A stretch of 64,000 nt of DNA, from the sequence record PZ452578.1; one strand, 5' to 3'. The notes below the pieces were generated by a model. That model saw nothing but the letters and a program-made list of their open reading frames with translations. It was not told the origin of the DNA and did not search any database. Below, piece by piece: positions 46,600 through 60,863 of the stretch. The position numbers were made by a program, and so were the translations under genes. Every line of letters starts with the position of its first letter. Position 1 is the stretch's first letter. This stretch comes from a phage.

Positions 46600-48582
46600 A
46601 TGGCAAATACCCCTGTAAATTATCAATTAACAAGAACAGCAAATGCTATTCCCGAGATATTCGTCGGGGGTACATTTGCTGAAATAAAACAAAACCTCAT
46701 TGAATGGCTTAATGGCCAAAATGAATTTTTGGATTATGATTTTGAAGGCTCAAGATTAAACGTTCTGTGTGACCTTTTGGCTTATAATACGCTGTACATT
46801 CAACAGTTTGGTAATGCTGCTGTGTATGAAAGCTTTATGCGTACTGCTAACTTACGAAGTTCAGTTGTTCAAGCTGCACAAGATAACGGATATTTACCTA
46901 CTTCAAAATCCGCTGCACAGACCGAAATTATGTTAACGTGTACAGACGCATTGAATAGAAATTACATTACTATTCCTCGTGGTACTCGCTTTTTAGCATA
47001 TGCAAAAGATACTTCTGTTAATCCATATAACTTCGTTTCTACCGAAGACGTTATTGCTATTCGTGATAAAAATAACCAATATTTTCCACGTTTAAAACTT
47101 GCTCAAGGACGTATCGTAAGAACTGAAATCATTTATGATAAATTGACACCTATTATCATTTATGATAAAAATATTGATAGAAACCAGGTTAAATTATACG
47201 TTGATGGAGCGGAATGGATTAACTGGACAAGAAAGTCAATGGTTCATGCTGGTTCTACATCAACAATTTACTACATGCGTGAAACTATTGATGGAAACAC
47301 TGAATTCTATTTTGGCGAAGGTGAAATTTCTGTTAATGCGGCAGAAGGAGCTCTAACTGCTAACTATATTGGAGGTCTTAAACCTACCCAGAACTCTACT
47401 ATTGTTATTGAGTACATCAGTACTAACGGCGCAGATGCGAACGGCGCAGTCGGATTTTCATATGCAGATACATTGACAAATATAACTGTCATCAATATTA
47501 ATGAAAATCCAAACGATGACCCAGATTTTGTTGGTGCTGATGGTGGTGGTGATCCAGAAGATATTGAACGTATTCGTGAATTGGGTACTATTAAGCGTGA
47601 AACTCAGCAGCGATGTGTAACTGCGACAGATTATGATACATTTGTCTCAGAAAGATTTGGTTCTATTATTCAAGCCGTTCAGACTTTCACTGATTCTACT
47701 AAACCTGGTTATGCATTTATTGCTGCTAAACCTAAATCAGGATTGTATTTAACTACTGTGCAGCGTGAAGATATTAAAAATTATCTCAAAGATTATAATT
47801 TAGCACCTATTACACCATCAATTATTTCTCCTAATTATCTTTTCATTAAGACTAATTTAAAAGTCACATATGCTTTAAATAAACTGCAAGAATCCGAGCA
47901 GTGGCTTGAAGGTCAAATAATTGATAAAATTGACCGCTATTATACCGAAGATGTAGAAATTTTTAACTCATCTTTCGCTAAGTCTAAGATGTTAACTTAT
48001 GTAGATGATGCAGATCATTCTATCATTGGTTCATCAGCGACTATTCAAATGGTTCGTGAAGTACAAAACTTCTATAAAACTCCTGAAGCTGGTATTAAAT
48101 ACAATAATCAAATAAAAGACCGTTCTATGGAATCTAATACGTTTTCATTTAATTCTGGACGAAAGGTTGTAAATCCTGATACTGGTTTAGAAGAAGATGT
48201 ATTATATGACGTTCGTATAGTATCAACAGACCGAGATTCTAAAGGAATTGGCAAAGTTATTATTGGTCCATTTGCTTCTGGCGATGTTACAGAAAATGAA
48301 AACATTCAACCATATACAGGCAATGATTTTAATAAATTGGCAAGTTCCGATGGACGTGACAAATACTATGTTATCGGTGAAATAAATTATCCAGCTGACA
48401 TGATTTATTGGAATATCGCTAAAATTAATTTAACATCCGATAAATTTGAGGTTCAGACTATTGAGTTATATTCTGATCCAATAGACGATGTTATTTTCAC
48501 ACGCGATGGTTCACTGATTGTATTTGAAAATGATTTACGTCCACAATACTTAACTATCGATTTGGAGCCTATATCACAATGA
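46600..48582 (+). CDS. 6: Baseplate wedge protein gp6
   Basis: 660 aa; length and order as T4. Confidence 0.9.
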   Translation: MANTPVNYQLTRTANAIPEIFVGGTFAEIKQNLIEWLNGQNEFLDYDFEGSRLNVLCDLLAYNTLYIQQFGNAAVYESFMRTANLRSSVVQAAQDNGYLPTSKSAAQTEIMLTCTDALNRNYITIPRGTRFLAYAKDTSVNPYNFVSTEDVIAIRDKNNQYFPRLKLAQGRIVRTEIIYDKLTPIIIYDKNIDRNQVKLYVDGAEWINWTRKSMVHAGSTSTIYYMRETIDGNTEFYFGEGEISVNAAEGALTANYIGGLKPTQNSTIVIEYISTNGADANGAVGFSYADTLTNITVININENPNDDPDFVGADGGGDPEDIERIRELGTIKRETQQRCVTATDYDTFVSERFGSIIQAVQTFTDSTKPGYAFIAAKPKSGLYLTTVQREDIKNYLKDYNLAPITPSIISPNYLFIKTNLKVTYALNKLQESEQWLEGQIIDKIDRYYTEDVEIFNSSFAKSKMLTYVDDADHSIIGSSATIQMVREVQNFYKTPEAGIKYNNQIKDRSMESNTFSFNSGRKVVNPDTGLEEDVLYDVRIVSTDRDSKGIGKVIIGPFASGDVTENENIQPYTGNDFNKLASSDGRDKYYVIGEINYPADMIYWNIAKINLTSDKFEVQTIELYSDPIDDVIFTRDGSLIVFENDLRPQYLTIDLEPISQ

Positions 48583-51500
48583 CAGTAAAAGCACCTTCAG
48601 TCACTAGTCTCAGAATTTCCAAGTTATCCGCAAATCAGGTGCAAGTACGCTGGGATGACGTTGGTGCTAATTTCTACTATTTTGTAGAAATCGCTGAGAC
48701 AAAAACAAACTCGGGAGAAAATCTCCCGAGCAATCAATACAGATGGATTAACTTAGGATATACTGCAAATAACAGCTTCTTTTTTGATAATGCTAATCCA
48801 TTAACATCGTACATTATTAGAGTAGCTACAGCTGCGCAGGATTTTGAGCAGTCTGATTGGATTTATACTGAAGAGTTTGAAACTTTTGCTACAAACGCTT
48901 ATACATTTCAAAACATGATTGAAATGCAATTAGCTAATAAATTCATTCAGGAAAAATTTACTCTTAATAATTCTGACTATGTCAATTTTAACAATGACAC
49001 TATAATGGCTGCATTGATGAATGAATCGTTTCAATTCAGCCCATCATATGTTGATGTTTCATCAATAAGTAATTTTATTATTGGTGAAAATGAGTATCAT
49101 GAAATACAAGGTTCTATTCAGCAAGTATGTAAGGATATTAACCGCGTTTATTTGATGGAATCAGAAGGGATTCTATATCTTTTTGAGCGCTATCAACCCG
49201 TAGTTAAAGTATCTAATGATAAAGGACAAACCTGGAAAGCTGTAAAGCTCTTCAATGACCGCGTAGGATATCCTTTATCTAAGACTGTATATTACCAATC
49301 TGCAAACACAACATACGTTCTAGGATACGACAAGATTTTCTATGGCCGCAAATCTACTGATGTTAGATGGTCAGCTGATGATGTCAGATTTAGTTCGCAG
49401 GATATAACATTTGCTAAACTTGGCGACCAATTACATCTAGGATTTGATGTAGAAATTTTTGCCACTTACGCGACTTTGCCAGCTAATGTATACCGCATTG
49501 CAGAAGCTATTACTTGCACCGATGATTACATTTACGTTGTCGCCAGAGACAAAGTTAGATACATAAAAACGAGTAATGCACCTATAGATTCTGATCCATT
49601 ATCTCCAACATATTCGGAAAGACTTTTTGAACCTGATACAATGACTATAACTGGAAATCCTAAAGCAGTATGCTATAAAATGGATTCTATCGGTGATAAA
49701 GTTTTTGCTCTTATTATTGGTGAAGTTGAAACATTAAATGCCAATCCGAGAACTTCAAAAATAATTGATTCTGCCGATAAAGGAATATATGTTTTAAATC
49801 ATGCCACGAAAACATGGAAAAGAGTTTTTGGCAACACTGAAGAAGAAAGAAGACGTATTCAACCTGGATATGCGAATATGTCAACTGACGGTAAATTAGT
49901 TTCTCTATCTTCGAGTAATTTTAAATTTTTAAGTGATAACATTGTTAATGACCCTGAAACTGCAGCGAAATATCAGTTAATTGGTGCTGTTAAATATGAA
50001 TTTCCTCGTGAATGGCTAGCTGATAAGCATTATCATATGATGGCATTTATAGCAGATGAAAAATCTGATTGGGAAACTTTTACGCCTCAGCCGATGAAAT
50101 ACTATGCAGAACCATTCTTTAACTGGTCTAAAAAATCTAACACACGCTGTTGGATAAACAACTCTGACAGAGCTGTAGTAGTTTATGCTGATTTAAAATA
50201 CACCAAAGTTATAGAAAATATTCCGGAAACATCACCAGATAGATTAGTTCATGAATACTGGGATGATGGTGATTGTACGATAGTAATGCCAAATGTTAAA
50301 TTCACGGGATTTAAAAAATACGCGTCTGGGATGCTTTTTTATAAGTCTTCTGGTGAAATAATTTCTTACTATGATTTTAACTATCGAGTGAGAGACACAG
50401 TTGAAATAATTTGGAAGCCAACTGGAATATTTTTAAAAGCATTTTTACAAAACCAAGAGCGTGAAACTCCTTGGTCCCCGGAAGAAGAGCATGGATTAGC
50501 TGATCCTGATTTAAGACCATTGATTGGCACAATGATGCCTGATTCTTATTTGCTACAGGATTCTAATTTTGAGGCATTCTGCGAAGCATATATTCAGTAT
50601 CTTTCCGATGGATATGGAACTCAGTATAATAATTTACGAAATTTAATTCGTAATCAATATCCGCGAGAAGAGCACGCGTGGGAATATTTGTGGTCAGAGA
50701 TATATAAAAGAAACATTTATTTAAATGCTGATAAACGTGATGCTGTTGCAAGATTTTTTGAATCACGTAGCTATGATTTTTATTCTACTAAAGGAATTGA
50801 AGCATCATACAAATTTCTTTTTAAAGTTCTTTATAATGAAGAAGTTGAAATTGAAATTGAATCTGGGGCTGGTACTGAATATGATATAATCGTTCAATCT
50901 GATTCTTTGACCGAAGACTTAGTAGGACAAACGATTTATACAGCTACAGGAAGATGTAATGTTACTTATATAGAAAGAAGCTATTCTAATGGTAAATTGC
51001 AATGGACCGTAACTATTCATAATCTTTTGGGAAGATTAATTGCCGGTCAAGAAGTTAAAGCAGAAAGACTCCCTAGTTTCGAAGGCGAAATTATTCGCGG
51101 GGTTAAAGGAAAGGATTTGCTTCAAAATAATATAGACTATATTAATAGAAGTAGATCATATTATGTAATGAAAATTAAATCCAATTTACCTTCTTCCCGC
51201 TGGAAATCTGACGTTATTCGTTTTGTTCATCCAGTAGGATTTGGATTTATAGCAATTACCCTTTTAACAATGTTTATTAATGTTGGTTTAACTCTTAAAC
51301 ATACAGAGACTATAATTAATAAATACAAAAACTATAAATGGGATTCTGGATTGCCTACTGAATATGCTGATAGAGTAGCCAAATTGACTCCAACCGGTGA
51401 AATTGAGCATGATTCAGTAACAGGCGAAGCAATTTATGAACCTGGCCCAATGGCTGGTGTAGAATATCCTCTTCCTGATGACTATAATGCTGAAAATAAT

Positions 51501-51677
51501 AATTCAATATTTCAAGGTCAATTGCCATCTGAACGACGTAAATTAATGAGTCCTCTATTTGATGCATCTGGAACAACATTTGCACAATTTAGGGATTTAG
51601 TTAATAAACGTCTAAAAGATAATATAGGAAATCCAAGAGACCCTGAAAATCCAACACAGGTTAAAATAGATGAATGA
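48579..51677 (+). CDS. 7: Baseplate wedge protein gp7
   Basis: 1032 aa; 4-nt overlap with gp6. Confidence 0.9.
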   Translation: MTVKAPSVTSLRISKLSANQVQVRWDDVGANFYYFVEIAETKTNSGENLPSNQYRWINLGYTANNSFFFDNANPLTSYIIRVATAAQDFEQSDWIYTEEFETFATNAYTFQNMIEMQLANKFIQEKFTLNNSDYVNFNNDTIMAALMNESFQFSPSYVDVSSISNFIIGENEYHEIQGSIQQVCKDINRVYLMESEGILYLFERYQPVVKVSNDKGQTWKAVKLFNDRVGYPLSKTVYYQSANTTYVLGYDKIFYGRKSTDVRWSADDVRFSSQDITFAKLGDQLHLGFDVEIFATYATLPANVYRIAEAITCTDDYIYVVARDKVRYIKTSNAPIDSDPLSPTYSERLFEPDTMTITGNPKAVCYKMDSIGDKVFALIIGEVETLNANPRTSKIIDSADKGIYVLNHATKTWKRVFGNTEEERRRIQPGYANMSTDGKLVSLSSSNFKFLSDNIVNDPETAAKYQLIGAVKYEFPREWLADKHYHMMAFIADEKSDWETFTPQPMKYYAEPFFNWSKKSNTRCWINNSDRAVVVYADLKYTKVIENIPETSPDRLVHEYWDDGDCTIVMPNVKFTGFKKYASGMLFYKSSGEIISYYDFNYRVRDTVEIIWKPTGIFLKAFLQNQERETPWSPEEEHGLADPDLRPLIGTMMPDSYLLQDSNFEAFCEAYIQYLSDGYGTQYNNLRNLIRNQYPREEHAWEYLWSEIYKRNIYLNADKRDAVARFFESRSYDFYSTKGIEASYKFLFKVLYNEEVEIEIESGAGTEYDIIVQSDSLTEDLVGQTIYTATGRCNVTYIERSYSNGKLQWTVTIHNLLGRLIAGQEVKAERLPSFEGEIIRGVKGKDLLQNNIDYINRSRSYYVMKIKSNLPSSRWKSDVIRFVHPVGFGFIAITLLTMFINVGLTLKHTETIINKYKNYKWDSGLPTEYADRVAKLTPTGEIEHDSVTGEAIYEPGPMAGVEYPLPDDYNAENNNSIFQGQLPSERRKLMSPLFDASGTTFAQFRDLVNKRLKDNIGNPRDPENPTQVKIDE

Positions 51678-52674
51678 TTCAAGTGTTATCTATCGTGCGA
51701 TAGTTACTTCAAAATTTAGAACAGAAAAAATGTTGAATTTTTATAATTCAATTGGAAGTGGTCCGGATAAAAACACTATCTTTATTACATTTGGAAGATC
51801 AGAACCGTGGTCATCAAACGAAAATGAGGTGGGATTTGCCCCACCTTATCCCACCGATTCTGTGTTAGGTGTAACTGACATGTGGACTCATATGATGGGA
51901 ACAGTGAAGGTTCTTCCATCTATGCTTGATGCAGTTATTCCTCGTCGAGATTGGGGAGATACTAGATATCCGGATCCATACACATTTAGAATTAACGATA
52001 TTGTAGTGTGTAACTCAGCTCCTTACAACGCTACCGAATCAGGCGCAGGCTGGTTAGTATATCGTTGTTTAGATGTTCCTGATACTGGAATGTGCTCAAT
52101 TGAGTCTTTAACTAATAAGGATGAATGCCTTAAGCTAGGTGGAAAATGGACTCCTTCTGTTAGGTCAATGACTCCTCCTGAAGGTCGAGGAGACGCGGAA
52201 GGAACAATCGAACCTGGAGACGGGTATGTATGGGAATATCTATTTGAGATTCCGCCTGATGTATCTATAAATAGATGTACGAATGAATATATCGTAGTTC
52301 CTTGGCCTGAGGAATTAAAAGAAGACCCGACTAGATGGGGGTATGAAGATAATCTCACTTGGCAGCAAGATGATTTTGGATTAATTTACCGGGTTAAGGC
52401 AAATACTATTCGTTTTAAAGCATACTTAGATTCAGTTTATTTTCCTGAAGCTGCATTGCCAGGAAATAAAGGATTTAGACAAATATCGATAATCACGAAT
52501 CCTCTTGAAGCTAAAGTTCATCCAAATGACCCAAACGTTAAAGCTGAAAAGGATTACTATGATCCGGAAGATTTAATGAGGCATTCGGGCGAAATGATTT
52601 ATATGGAAAATAGGCCACCTATTATTATGGCAATGGATCAAACAGAAGAAATCAATATTCTGTTTACATTTTAA
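51670..52674 (+). CDS. 8: Baseplate wedge protein gp8
   Basis: 334 aa. Confidence 0.9.
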   Translation: MNDSSVIYRAIVTSKFRTEKMLNFYNSIGSGPDKNTIFITFGRSEPWSSNENEVGFAPPYPTDSVLGVTDMWTHMMGTVKVLPSMLDAVIPRRDWGDTRYPDPYTFRINDIVVCNSAPYNATESGAGWLVYRCLDVPDTGMCSIESLTNKDECLKLGGKWTPSVRSMTPPEGRGDAEGTIEPGDGYVWEYLFEIPPDVSINRCTNEYIVVPWPEELKEDPTRWGYEDNLTWQQDDFGLIYRVKANTIRFKAYLDSVYFPEAALPGNKGFRQISIITNPLEAKVHPNDPNVKAEKDYYDPEDLMRHSGEMIYMENRPPIIMAMDQTEEINILFTF

Positions 52675-52679
52675 ATTAA

Positions 52680-52702
52680 GGGAGCCCATGGGCTCCCTTT
52701 TT
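52680..52702 (+). terminator. Rho-independent terminator after gene 8
   Basis: gggagcccatgggctccc palindrome followed by ttttt. Confidence 0.6.
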
Positions 52703-52705
52703 CTT

Positions 52706-52713
52706 TATAAATA
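52706..52713 (+). promoter_or_regulatory. T4 late promoter box TATAAATA (gene 9)
   Basis: tataaata 24 nt upstream of ATG 52738. Confidence 0.6.
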
Positions 52714-52737
52714 CTATAAACTCATAAGGAAACCGCT

Positions 52738-53604
52738 ATGTTCATTCAAGAACCAAAGAAATTGATTGATACCGGCGAAATTGGTAACGCTTCTACTGGT
52801 GATATCTTATTCGACGGTGGTAATAAAATTAATAGTGATTTTAACGCAATTTATAATGCGTTTGGCGATCAGCGTAAAATGGCAGTAGCAAATGGTACTG
52901 GTGCTGACGGCCAAATTATCCATGCTACTGGATATTATCAAAAGCATTCTATCACAGAGTACGCAACTCCGGTGAAAGTTGGTACTAGGCATGATATTGA
53001 TACCTCTACTGTTGGTGTTAAAGTTATCATTGAAAGAGGAGAACTCGGTGACTGTGTTGAATTCATTAATTCTAATGGATCGATATCAGTTACTAATCCT
53101 TTAACAATTCAAGCTATTGATTCAATTAAAGGTGTTTCGGGTAATTTGGTAGTAACTAGCCCATATAGTAAAGTAACTTTGCGCTGTATTTCATCTGATA
53201 ATTCTACGTCAGTTTGGAATTATTCTATTGAAAGTATGTTTGGCCAAAAGGAATCACCGGCCGAAGGTACATGGAATATTTCTACATCTGGATCAGTTGA
53301 CATTCCATTATTTCATCGTACTGAATACAATATGGCTAAATTGCTAGTTACTTGTCAATCGGTAGATGGAAGAAAAATTAAAACGGCAGAAATAAATATT
53401 CTTGTAGATACTGTTAATTCAACGGTCATTTCTTCTGAATATGCTGTCATGCGGGTTGGGAATGAAACTGAAGAAGACGAAATCGCTAATATTGCATTTA
53501 GTATTAAAGAAAATTATGTAACGGCGACTATAAGTTCTTCAACTGTCGGTATGAGAGCAGCAGTTAAAGTTATCGCTACGCAGAAAATCGGGGTGGCTCA
53601 ATAA
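52738..53604 (+). CDS. 9: Baseplate protein gp9 (long tail fibre socket)
   Basis: 288 aa. Confidence 0.9.
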   Translation: MFIQEPKKLIDTGEIGNASTGDILFDGGNKINSDFNAIYNAFGDQRKMAVANGTGADGQIIHATGYYQKHSITEYATPVKVGTRHDIDTSTVGVKVIIERGELGDCVEFINSNGSISVTNPLTIQAIDSIKGVSGNLVVTSPYSKVTLRCISSDNSTSVWNYSIESMFGQKESPAEGTWNISTSGSVDIPLFHRTEYNMAKLLVTCQSVDGRKIKTAEINILVDTVNSTVISSEYAVMRVGNETEEDEIANIAFSIKENYVTATISSSTVGMRAAVKVIATQKIGVAQ

Positions 53605-55409
53605 TGAAACAAAATATTAATATCGGTAATGTTGTTGATGATGGTACCGGTGACTACCTGCGTAAAGGTGGTATAAAAATAAATGAAAACTTTGATGAAC
53701 TTTATTATGAACTTGGTGATGGAGATGTTCCATATTCAGCCGGTGCCTGGAAAACTTATAATGCTTCATCTGGACAAACACTAACGGCAGAATGGGGAAA
53801 ATCATATGCCATTAACACTTCATCTGGAAGAGTAACTCTACAACTTCCTAAAGGAACCGTTAATGATTATAATAAAGTAATTAAAGCTAGGGATGTATTT
53901 GCAACATGGAATGTTAATCCAGTTACTCTAGTAGCCGCTTCTGGTGATACTATTAAAGGATCATCGTCATCAGTTGAAATTAATGTTCAATTTAGCGATT
54001 TAGAATTAGTTTATTGTGCTCCAGGACGTTGGGAATATGTCAAAAACAAACAAATTGACAAAATTATTAGTTCAGATATTAGTAATGTAGCACGTAAAGA
54101 ATTTTTAGTCGAAGTTCAAGGACAAACAGACTTTTTAGATGTTTTCCGTGGAACTAGCTATAATGTTAATAACATCCGAGTAAAACACCGCGGTAATGAA
54201 TTATATTATGGCGATGTATTTAGTGAAAACAGTGACTTTGGCTCTCCTGGGGAAAATGAAGGAGAATTGATTCCTCTTGATGGATTTAATATTAGGTTAA
54301 GACAGCCTTGTAATATTGGTGACACCGTTCAAATTGAAACATTTATGGATGGTGTATCACAATGGAGAAGTTCATATACAAGACGCCAAATAAAAGTATT
54401 AGATTCAAAATTAACGTCAAAAACTTCTTTAGAAGGAAGTATTTACGTTACTGATTTATCAACAATGAAATCAATTCCATTCTCTGCATTTGGATTAATT
54501 CCTGGAGAACCTATTAATCCTAATTCTCTTGAAGTTCGTTTTAATGGAATTTTACAACAACAAGCTGGAACAGCCGGATATCCTCTGTTTTTGTGTGAAG
54601 GTGCTAATTCAGATACGCAAGCAGGATGTATATCTCTTGGCGGTGAATGGAAAGAATCGAATACAGATTATTCTATAGAATATGAAGATGGAAAACCTGT
54701 CAGTCTTTTATTTGATAGAAAATTTGAATCCGGCGATATAATCGTTATAACATGGTTCAATAATGATTTAGGAACTCTTTTAGAAAAAGATGACATTATT
54801 GAATTAACTGATGACCGTTATGTTAGTAAAGGATCATCTACTGAAGTTACTGGTGATGTAGCCTTAACAGATTTTGATAAAATCGGTTGGCCAAATGTTG
54901 AAAAAGTTGATTCTTATACTAGAACGTATAATTCAATATCATCTATTTTCGACAGCATTTATCCTGTTGGTTCAATTTATGAAAATGCTATAAACCCAAA
55001 TAATCCGGTGACTTATATGGGATTTGGTTCATGGAAATTATTTGGTAAAGGGCAGGTTTTAGTAGGATGGAATGATGATGTTACAGATCCAAACTTTGCA
55101 TTAAACAATAATGATTTAGATTCTAGCGGAAATCCTTCACATACCGCCGGTGGAACAGTTGGTACAACATCAGTAACGCTTGAAAACGCAAATCTTCCTG
55201 CGACTAAAACTGATGAAAGAGTTTTAATTGAAGACGAAAATGGATCAGTTATTATTGGAGGATGTCAATATGACCCAGACGAAACTGGTCCTATATATAC
55301 AAAATATCGTGAAGACTACGCAACAACAAACTCTTCACATACTCCTCCTGCTAATATTAGTAATATTCAACCGTCTATTACTGTATACCGTTGGATAAGG
55401 ATTGCATAA
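53604..55409 (+). CDS. 10: Baseplate wedge protein gp10
   Basis: 601 aa; ATGA/TAATG coupling with neighbours. Confidence 0.9.
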   Translation: MKQNINIGNVVDDGTGDYLRKGGIKINENFDELYYELGDGDVPYSAGAWKTYNASSGQTLTAEWGKSYAINTSSGRVTLQLPKGTVNDYNKVIKARDVFATWNVNPVTLVAASGDTIKGSSSSVEINVQFSDLELVYCAPGRWEYVKNKQIDKIISSDISNVARKEFLVEVQGQTDFLDVFRGTSYNVNNIRVKHRGNELYYGDVFSENSDFGSPGENEGELIPLDGFNIRLRQPCNIGDTVQIETFMDGVSQWRSSYTRRQIKVLDSKLTSKTSLEGSIYVTDLSTMKSIPFSAFGLIPGEPINPNSLEVRFNGILQQQAGTAGYPLFLCEGANSDTQAGCISLGGEWKESNTDYSIEYEDGKPVSLLFDRKFESGDIIVITWFNNDLGTLLEKDDIIELTDDRYVSKGSSTEVTGDVALTDFDKIGWPNVEKVDSYTRTYNSISSIFDSIYPVGSIYENAINPNNPVTYMGFGSWKLFGKGQVLVGWNDDVTDPNFALNNNDLDSSGNPSHTAGGTVGTTSVTLENANLPATKTDERVLIEDENGSVIIGGCQYDPDETGPIYTKYREDYATTNSSHTPPANISNIQPSITVYRWIRIA

Positions 55410-56068
55410 TGAGTTTACTTAATAATAAAGCGGGAGTTATTTCCCGCTTAGCAGATTTTCTTGGTTTTAGAACTAAGAAAAATGATATTTCGGTTATGAA
55501 TAATCAGCCGGTAGGCGCTGTAACAATTTCACAAATAGCAAAAGGTTTTTATGACCCAAATGTAGAATCTGCTATCAACGATGTTAGAAATATGGCAGAG
55601 CAACAGGTTGGAGCTGTATTAATTAATATAAGCGGCGTATCTCCTACTGGCGTACAACAAACAGACTATTGGTCATTTGAAGGAACTGTTACTGATACTT
55701 CAGCCAAACCAGGTGACCCAGTTATTGTTAACATGTTTGGTATTCCAGTTAAAGCTACTAACGGAATGACTTCAATTGAATTTACCAGTGCCGTTAGAAT
55801 AGCTCTACAGGAAATGGTTGCAAAATTTATTGCAATTGATTCATTTGAAGACCATCCTACCATAGGAAATAAAATACAAGTTAAGTATTTAGATAACCAA
55901 GAACATATCTTAGAGCAATACTCTGATAAAGGAATTACTTTCAAACAAGAAATAATTTCTCCTTCTAAACCTGGATATGGAACTTGGCAATTATTAGGTG
56001 CGCAAACTGTCACGTTAGATAGTCACACACAACCTACAGTATTTTATTATTTTGAGAGAATAGCATGA
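55409..56068 (+). CDS. 11: Baseplate wedge protein gp11 (short tail fibre attachment)
   Basis: 219 aa from ATG 55409 ([20 protein letters not shown]...), TAATG overlap with gp10; track ORF begins 6 codons earlier. Confidence 0.9.
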   Translation: MSLLNNKAGVISRLADFLGFRTKKNDISVMNNQPVGAVTISQIAKGFYDPNVESAINDVRNMAEQQVGAVLINISGVSPTGVQQTDYWSFEGTVTDTSAKPGDPVIVNMFGIPVKATNGMTSIEFTSAVRIALQEMVAKFIAIDSFEDHPTIGNKIQVKYLDNQEHILEQYSDKGITFKQEIISPSKPGYGTWQLLGAQTVTLDSHTQPTVFYYFERIA

Positions 56069-57621
56069 GTAATAATACATATCAGCACGTATCAAATGAA
56101 TCAAAATATGTTAAATTCGATCCTACTGGATCGAATTTTCCTGACACTGTTACGACGGTGCAGTCTGCATTATCAAAAATAAGTAATATCGGCGTAAATG
56201 GTATTCCTGATGCATCTATGGAAGTTAAAGGAATAGCAATGATTGCATCAGAGCAAGAGGTTTTAGATGGAACAAATAATTCTAAAATCGTTACACCAGC
56301 TACATTAGCAACAAGATTATTGTATCCAAATGCTACTGAAACTAAATATGGTTTAACGCGTTATTCAACAAATGAAGAAACATTAGAAGGCTCAGATAAT
56401 AATTCATCAATAACACCGCAAAAACTGAAATACCATACTGATGATGTGTTCCAAAATAGATATTCGTCTGAGTCATCAAACGGGGTTATTAAAATATCAT
56501 CTACGCCTGCAGCTTTGGCTGGTGTCGATGATACTACGGCGATGACTCCGCTGAAAACTCAAAAACTTGCAATAAAATTAATTTCACAAATAGCTCCTTC
56601 AGAAGACACTGCAACAGAATCTGTGAGAGGAGTAGTTCAATTATCTACTGTTGCACAAACTCGTCAAGGAACTCTCCGTGAAGGATATGCAATTTCCCCG
56701 TATACCTTTATGAATTCTGTTGCAACACAAGAATATAAGGGTGTTATACGTTTAGGAACACAATCGGAAATTAACAGTAATTTAGGAGATGTTGCAGTAA
56801 CAGGTGAAACACTAAATGGTCGAGGAGCTACCGGTTCTATGCGTGGGGTAGTAAAATTAACGACGCAAGCTGGTATTGCTCCTGAAGGTGATAGCTCTGG
56901 GGCATTAGCCTGGAACGCAGATGTAATTAATACTCGTGGTGGACAAACTATTAATGGTTCTTTAAATTTAGATCATCTCACAGCAAATGGAATTTGGTCG
57001 CGCGGCGGAATGTGGAAAAATGGCGATCAACCTGTTGCCACTGAAAGATATGCGTCCGAAAGGGTTCCGGTTGGAACTATTATGATGTTTGCGGGTGATT
57101 CAGCACCTCCAGGTTGGATTATGTGTCATGGTGGAACTGTGTCAGGAGATCAATATCCTGATTATAGAAACACGGTTGGAACAAGATTTGGTGGGGATTG
57201 GAATAATCCAGGGATTCCTGATATGCGAGGTCTTTTTGTTAGAGGAGCGGGCACCGGCGGTCATATTTTAAATCAACGAGGACAAGATGGTTATGGGAAG
57301 GATAGACTTGGTGTAGGATGTGATGGAATGCATGTTGGCGGTGTTCAAGCACAACAAATATCATACCATAAACATGCTGGTGCCTGGGGGGAAAATGGAA
57401 ATAACAGAGGTTATGCACCGTTTGGCGCATCTAATGGCAATGGATATTTGGGCAATGGTAAAAGCGCCGACTGGGACAACCATTTGTTCTTTACTAATGA
57501 CGGATTTGAAATGGGTGGTGCTCGTGACTCGTTCGGCACGTTAAATCGCGAAGGATTAATTGGTTATGAAACTAGACCATGGAATATATCATTAAACTAT
57601 ATTATTAAAATTCATTACTAA
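56065..57621 (+). CDS. 12: Short tail fibre protein gp12
   Basis: 518 aa; position between 11 and wac. Confidence 0.9.
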   Translation: MSNNTYQHVSNESKYVKFDPTGSNFPDTVTTVQSALSKISNIGVNGIPDASMEVKGIAMIASEQEVLDGTNNSKIVTPATLATRLLYPNATETKYGLTRYSTNEETLEGSDNNSSITPQKLKYHTDDVFQNRYSSESSNGVIKISSTPAALAGVDDTTAMTPLKTQKLAIKLISQIAPSEDTATESVRGVVQLSTVAQTRQGTLREGYAISPYTFMNSVATQEYKGVIRLGTQSEINSNLGDVAVTGETLNGRGATGSMRGVVKLTTQAGIAPEGDSSGALAWNADVINTRGGQTINGSLNLDHLTANGIWSRGGMWKNGDQPVATERYASERVPVGTIMMFAGDSAPPGWIMCHGGTVSGDQYPDYRNTVGTRFGGDWNNPGIPDMRGLFVRGAGTGGHILNQRGQDGYGKDRLGVGCDGMHVGGVQAQQISYHKHAGAWGENGNNRGYAPFGASNGNGYLGNGKSADWDNHLFFTNDGFEMGGARDSFGTLNREGLIGYETRPWNISLNYIIKIHY

Positions 57622-57630
57622 GGATTACAA

Positions 57631-59088
57631 ATGATTGAATTAAAAGATTTACCTTTTGTTGATAACGTTCCTGGCGAAGGCCAGGAACGTATTTCATGGA
57701 TTAAAAATGGTGAAGAGATATTAGGAGCTAGTACTAAGTATGGAAGCGATGGGTCAATGAATAGACCAACTGTTTCCGTGTTTAAAAATGTCGAGGTTCT
57801 TGATGAAAATGTTGGAATTCTTAAAACTGCCATTGAAACATCTCAGGAAGATATTAAAACTATTCAAGGCATTTTAGATGTATCAGGAGATATAGAAGCG
57901 CTATCACAAATCAGCGTTAATAAAAATGACATATCAAATTTAAAAACGCTTACGAGTGAACATACTGATATATTAAATGGTACAAATACTACGGTTGATA
58001 ATATTCTTTCTGATATTGGTCCATTTAATTCGCAAGCAAATTCAGTTTATAGAACGATTAGAAATGATTTGTTATGGATTAAAAGGGAATTAGGACAATA
58101 TGCTGGGCAAGATATTAATGGTCTTCCTGTTGTAGGAAATAGCAGCACGGGGATGAAGCACCGTATCATTAATAATACAGATGCTATAACTTCCCAAGGA
58201 ATACGTCTAAGTGATTTGGAAGAAAAATTTATTGAATCTGATGTAGGTTCGCTTACAATCGAAGTAGGAAATCTTAGACAGGAATTAGGGCAAAGACCAC
58301 CTTCATTTAGTGAAAGCATATATTCACGTGTGCATAATTTAGATCAATCTCAAATTAATCTTAGTTCCGAAATTAAATCTATCAAAACTTCTATTGGATA
58401 TCCAGGAAATACTTCAATAATCACAGATGTTAACACTAATACCCAAGAAATTTCAGCTTTAAATGATGAACTAAATAAAAGCGGAGGTATTAAACAGCGA
58501 TTGACTGTCATTGAAACATCAATTGGCTCAGATGATATTCCTTCTAGTATTAAAGGTCGAATTAAAGATAATACTACTTCTATTGAATCTTTAAATGGAA
58601 TTGTAGGTGAAAACACTTCATCTGGACTACGAGCAAATGTTTCATGGCTAAACCAAATCGTTGGAACTGATTCTAGTGGAGGTCAGCCTTCTCCTCCTGG
58701 GTCTCTTTTAAATAGGGTTTCAACTATTGAAACCTCTGTTAATAGACTTAACAATGATGTTCAAAACCTGCAAGTTGAAATTGGTAATAACACTACTGGA
58801 ATTAAAGGACAGGTTGTAACATTAAATAAATTAGTAAATGGAACAAATCCAAATGGTTCAACGGTAGAAGAGCGCGGATTAACTAATTCAATAAAAGCTA
58901 ATGAAACTAACATTTCTTCTATTAATCAAGAAATGCGTAGTATTAAAAGTAATGTATCTTCATTACAGGGGGATGTTCAGACTTTACAGGAAGCAGGTTA
59001 TATTCCTGAAGCTCCAAAAGATGGCCAAGCTTACGTTCGTAAAGACGGCGAATGGGTACTACTTTCTACCTTTTTATCACCAGCATAA
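57631..59088 (+). CDS. wac: Fibritin (whisker) with C-terminal foldon
   Basis: 485 aa; heptad coiled-coil segments; C-terminal foldon [27 protein letters not shown]. Confidence 0.92.
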   Translation: MIELKDLPFVDNVPGEGQERISWIKNGEEILGASTKYGSDGSMNRPTVSVFKNVEVLDENVGILKTAIETSQEDIKTIQGILDVSGDIEALSQISVNKNDISNLKTLTSEHTDILNGTNTTVDNILSDIGPFNSQANSVYRTIRNDLLWIKRELGQYAGQDINGLPVVGNSSTGMKHRIINNTDAITSQGIRLSDLEEKFIESDVGSLTIEVGNLRQELGQRPPSFSESIYSRVHNLDQSQINLSSEIKSIKTSIGYPGNTSIITDVNTNTQEISALNDELNKSGGIKQRLTVIETSIGSDDIPSSIKGRIKDNTTSIESLNGIVGENTSSGLRANVSWLNQIVGTDSSGGQPSPPGSLLNRVSTIETSVNRLNNDVQNLQVEIGNNTTGIKGQVVTLNKLVNGTNPNGSTVEERGLTNSIKANETNISSINQEMRSIKSNVSSLQGDVQTLQEAGYIPEAPKDGQAYVRKDGEWVLLSTFLSPA

Positions 59089-59092
59089 CATG

Positions 59093-59106
59093 GGGCCGCA
59101 AGGCCC
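59093..59106 (+). promoter_or_regulatory. GNRA (GCAA) tetraloop hairpin after wac
   Basis: gggcc-gcaa-ggccc; no clear U tract. Confidence 0.4.
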
Positions 59107-59120
59107 TAAAGGATTTTTAA

Positions 59121-60822
<1,702 letters not shown>

Positions 60823-60863
60823 TAAATATTATAAACTAATTAAAGCCCAGATTAGGAGAAATC

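Noticed and set aside
47162-58616. Small internal or antisense ORFs within late structural genes (47162-47356, 48108-48305, 50563-50766, 51355-51585, 52023-52358, 52807-52992, 53617-53805, 55666-56013, 57089-57544, 58047-58616)
   Set aside because: Embedded in long conserved structural gene frames; no start signals.
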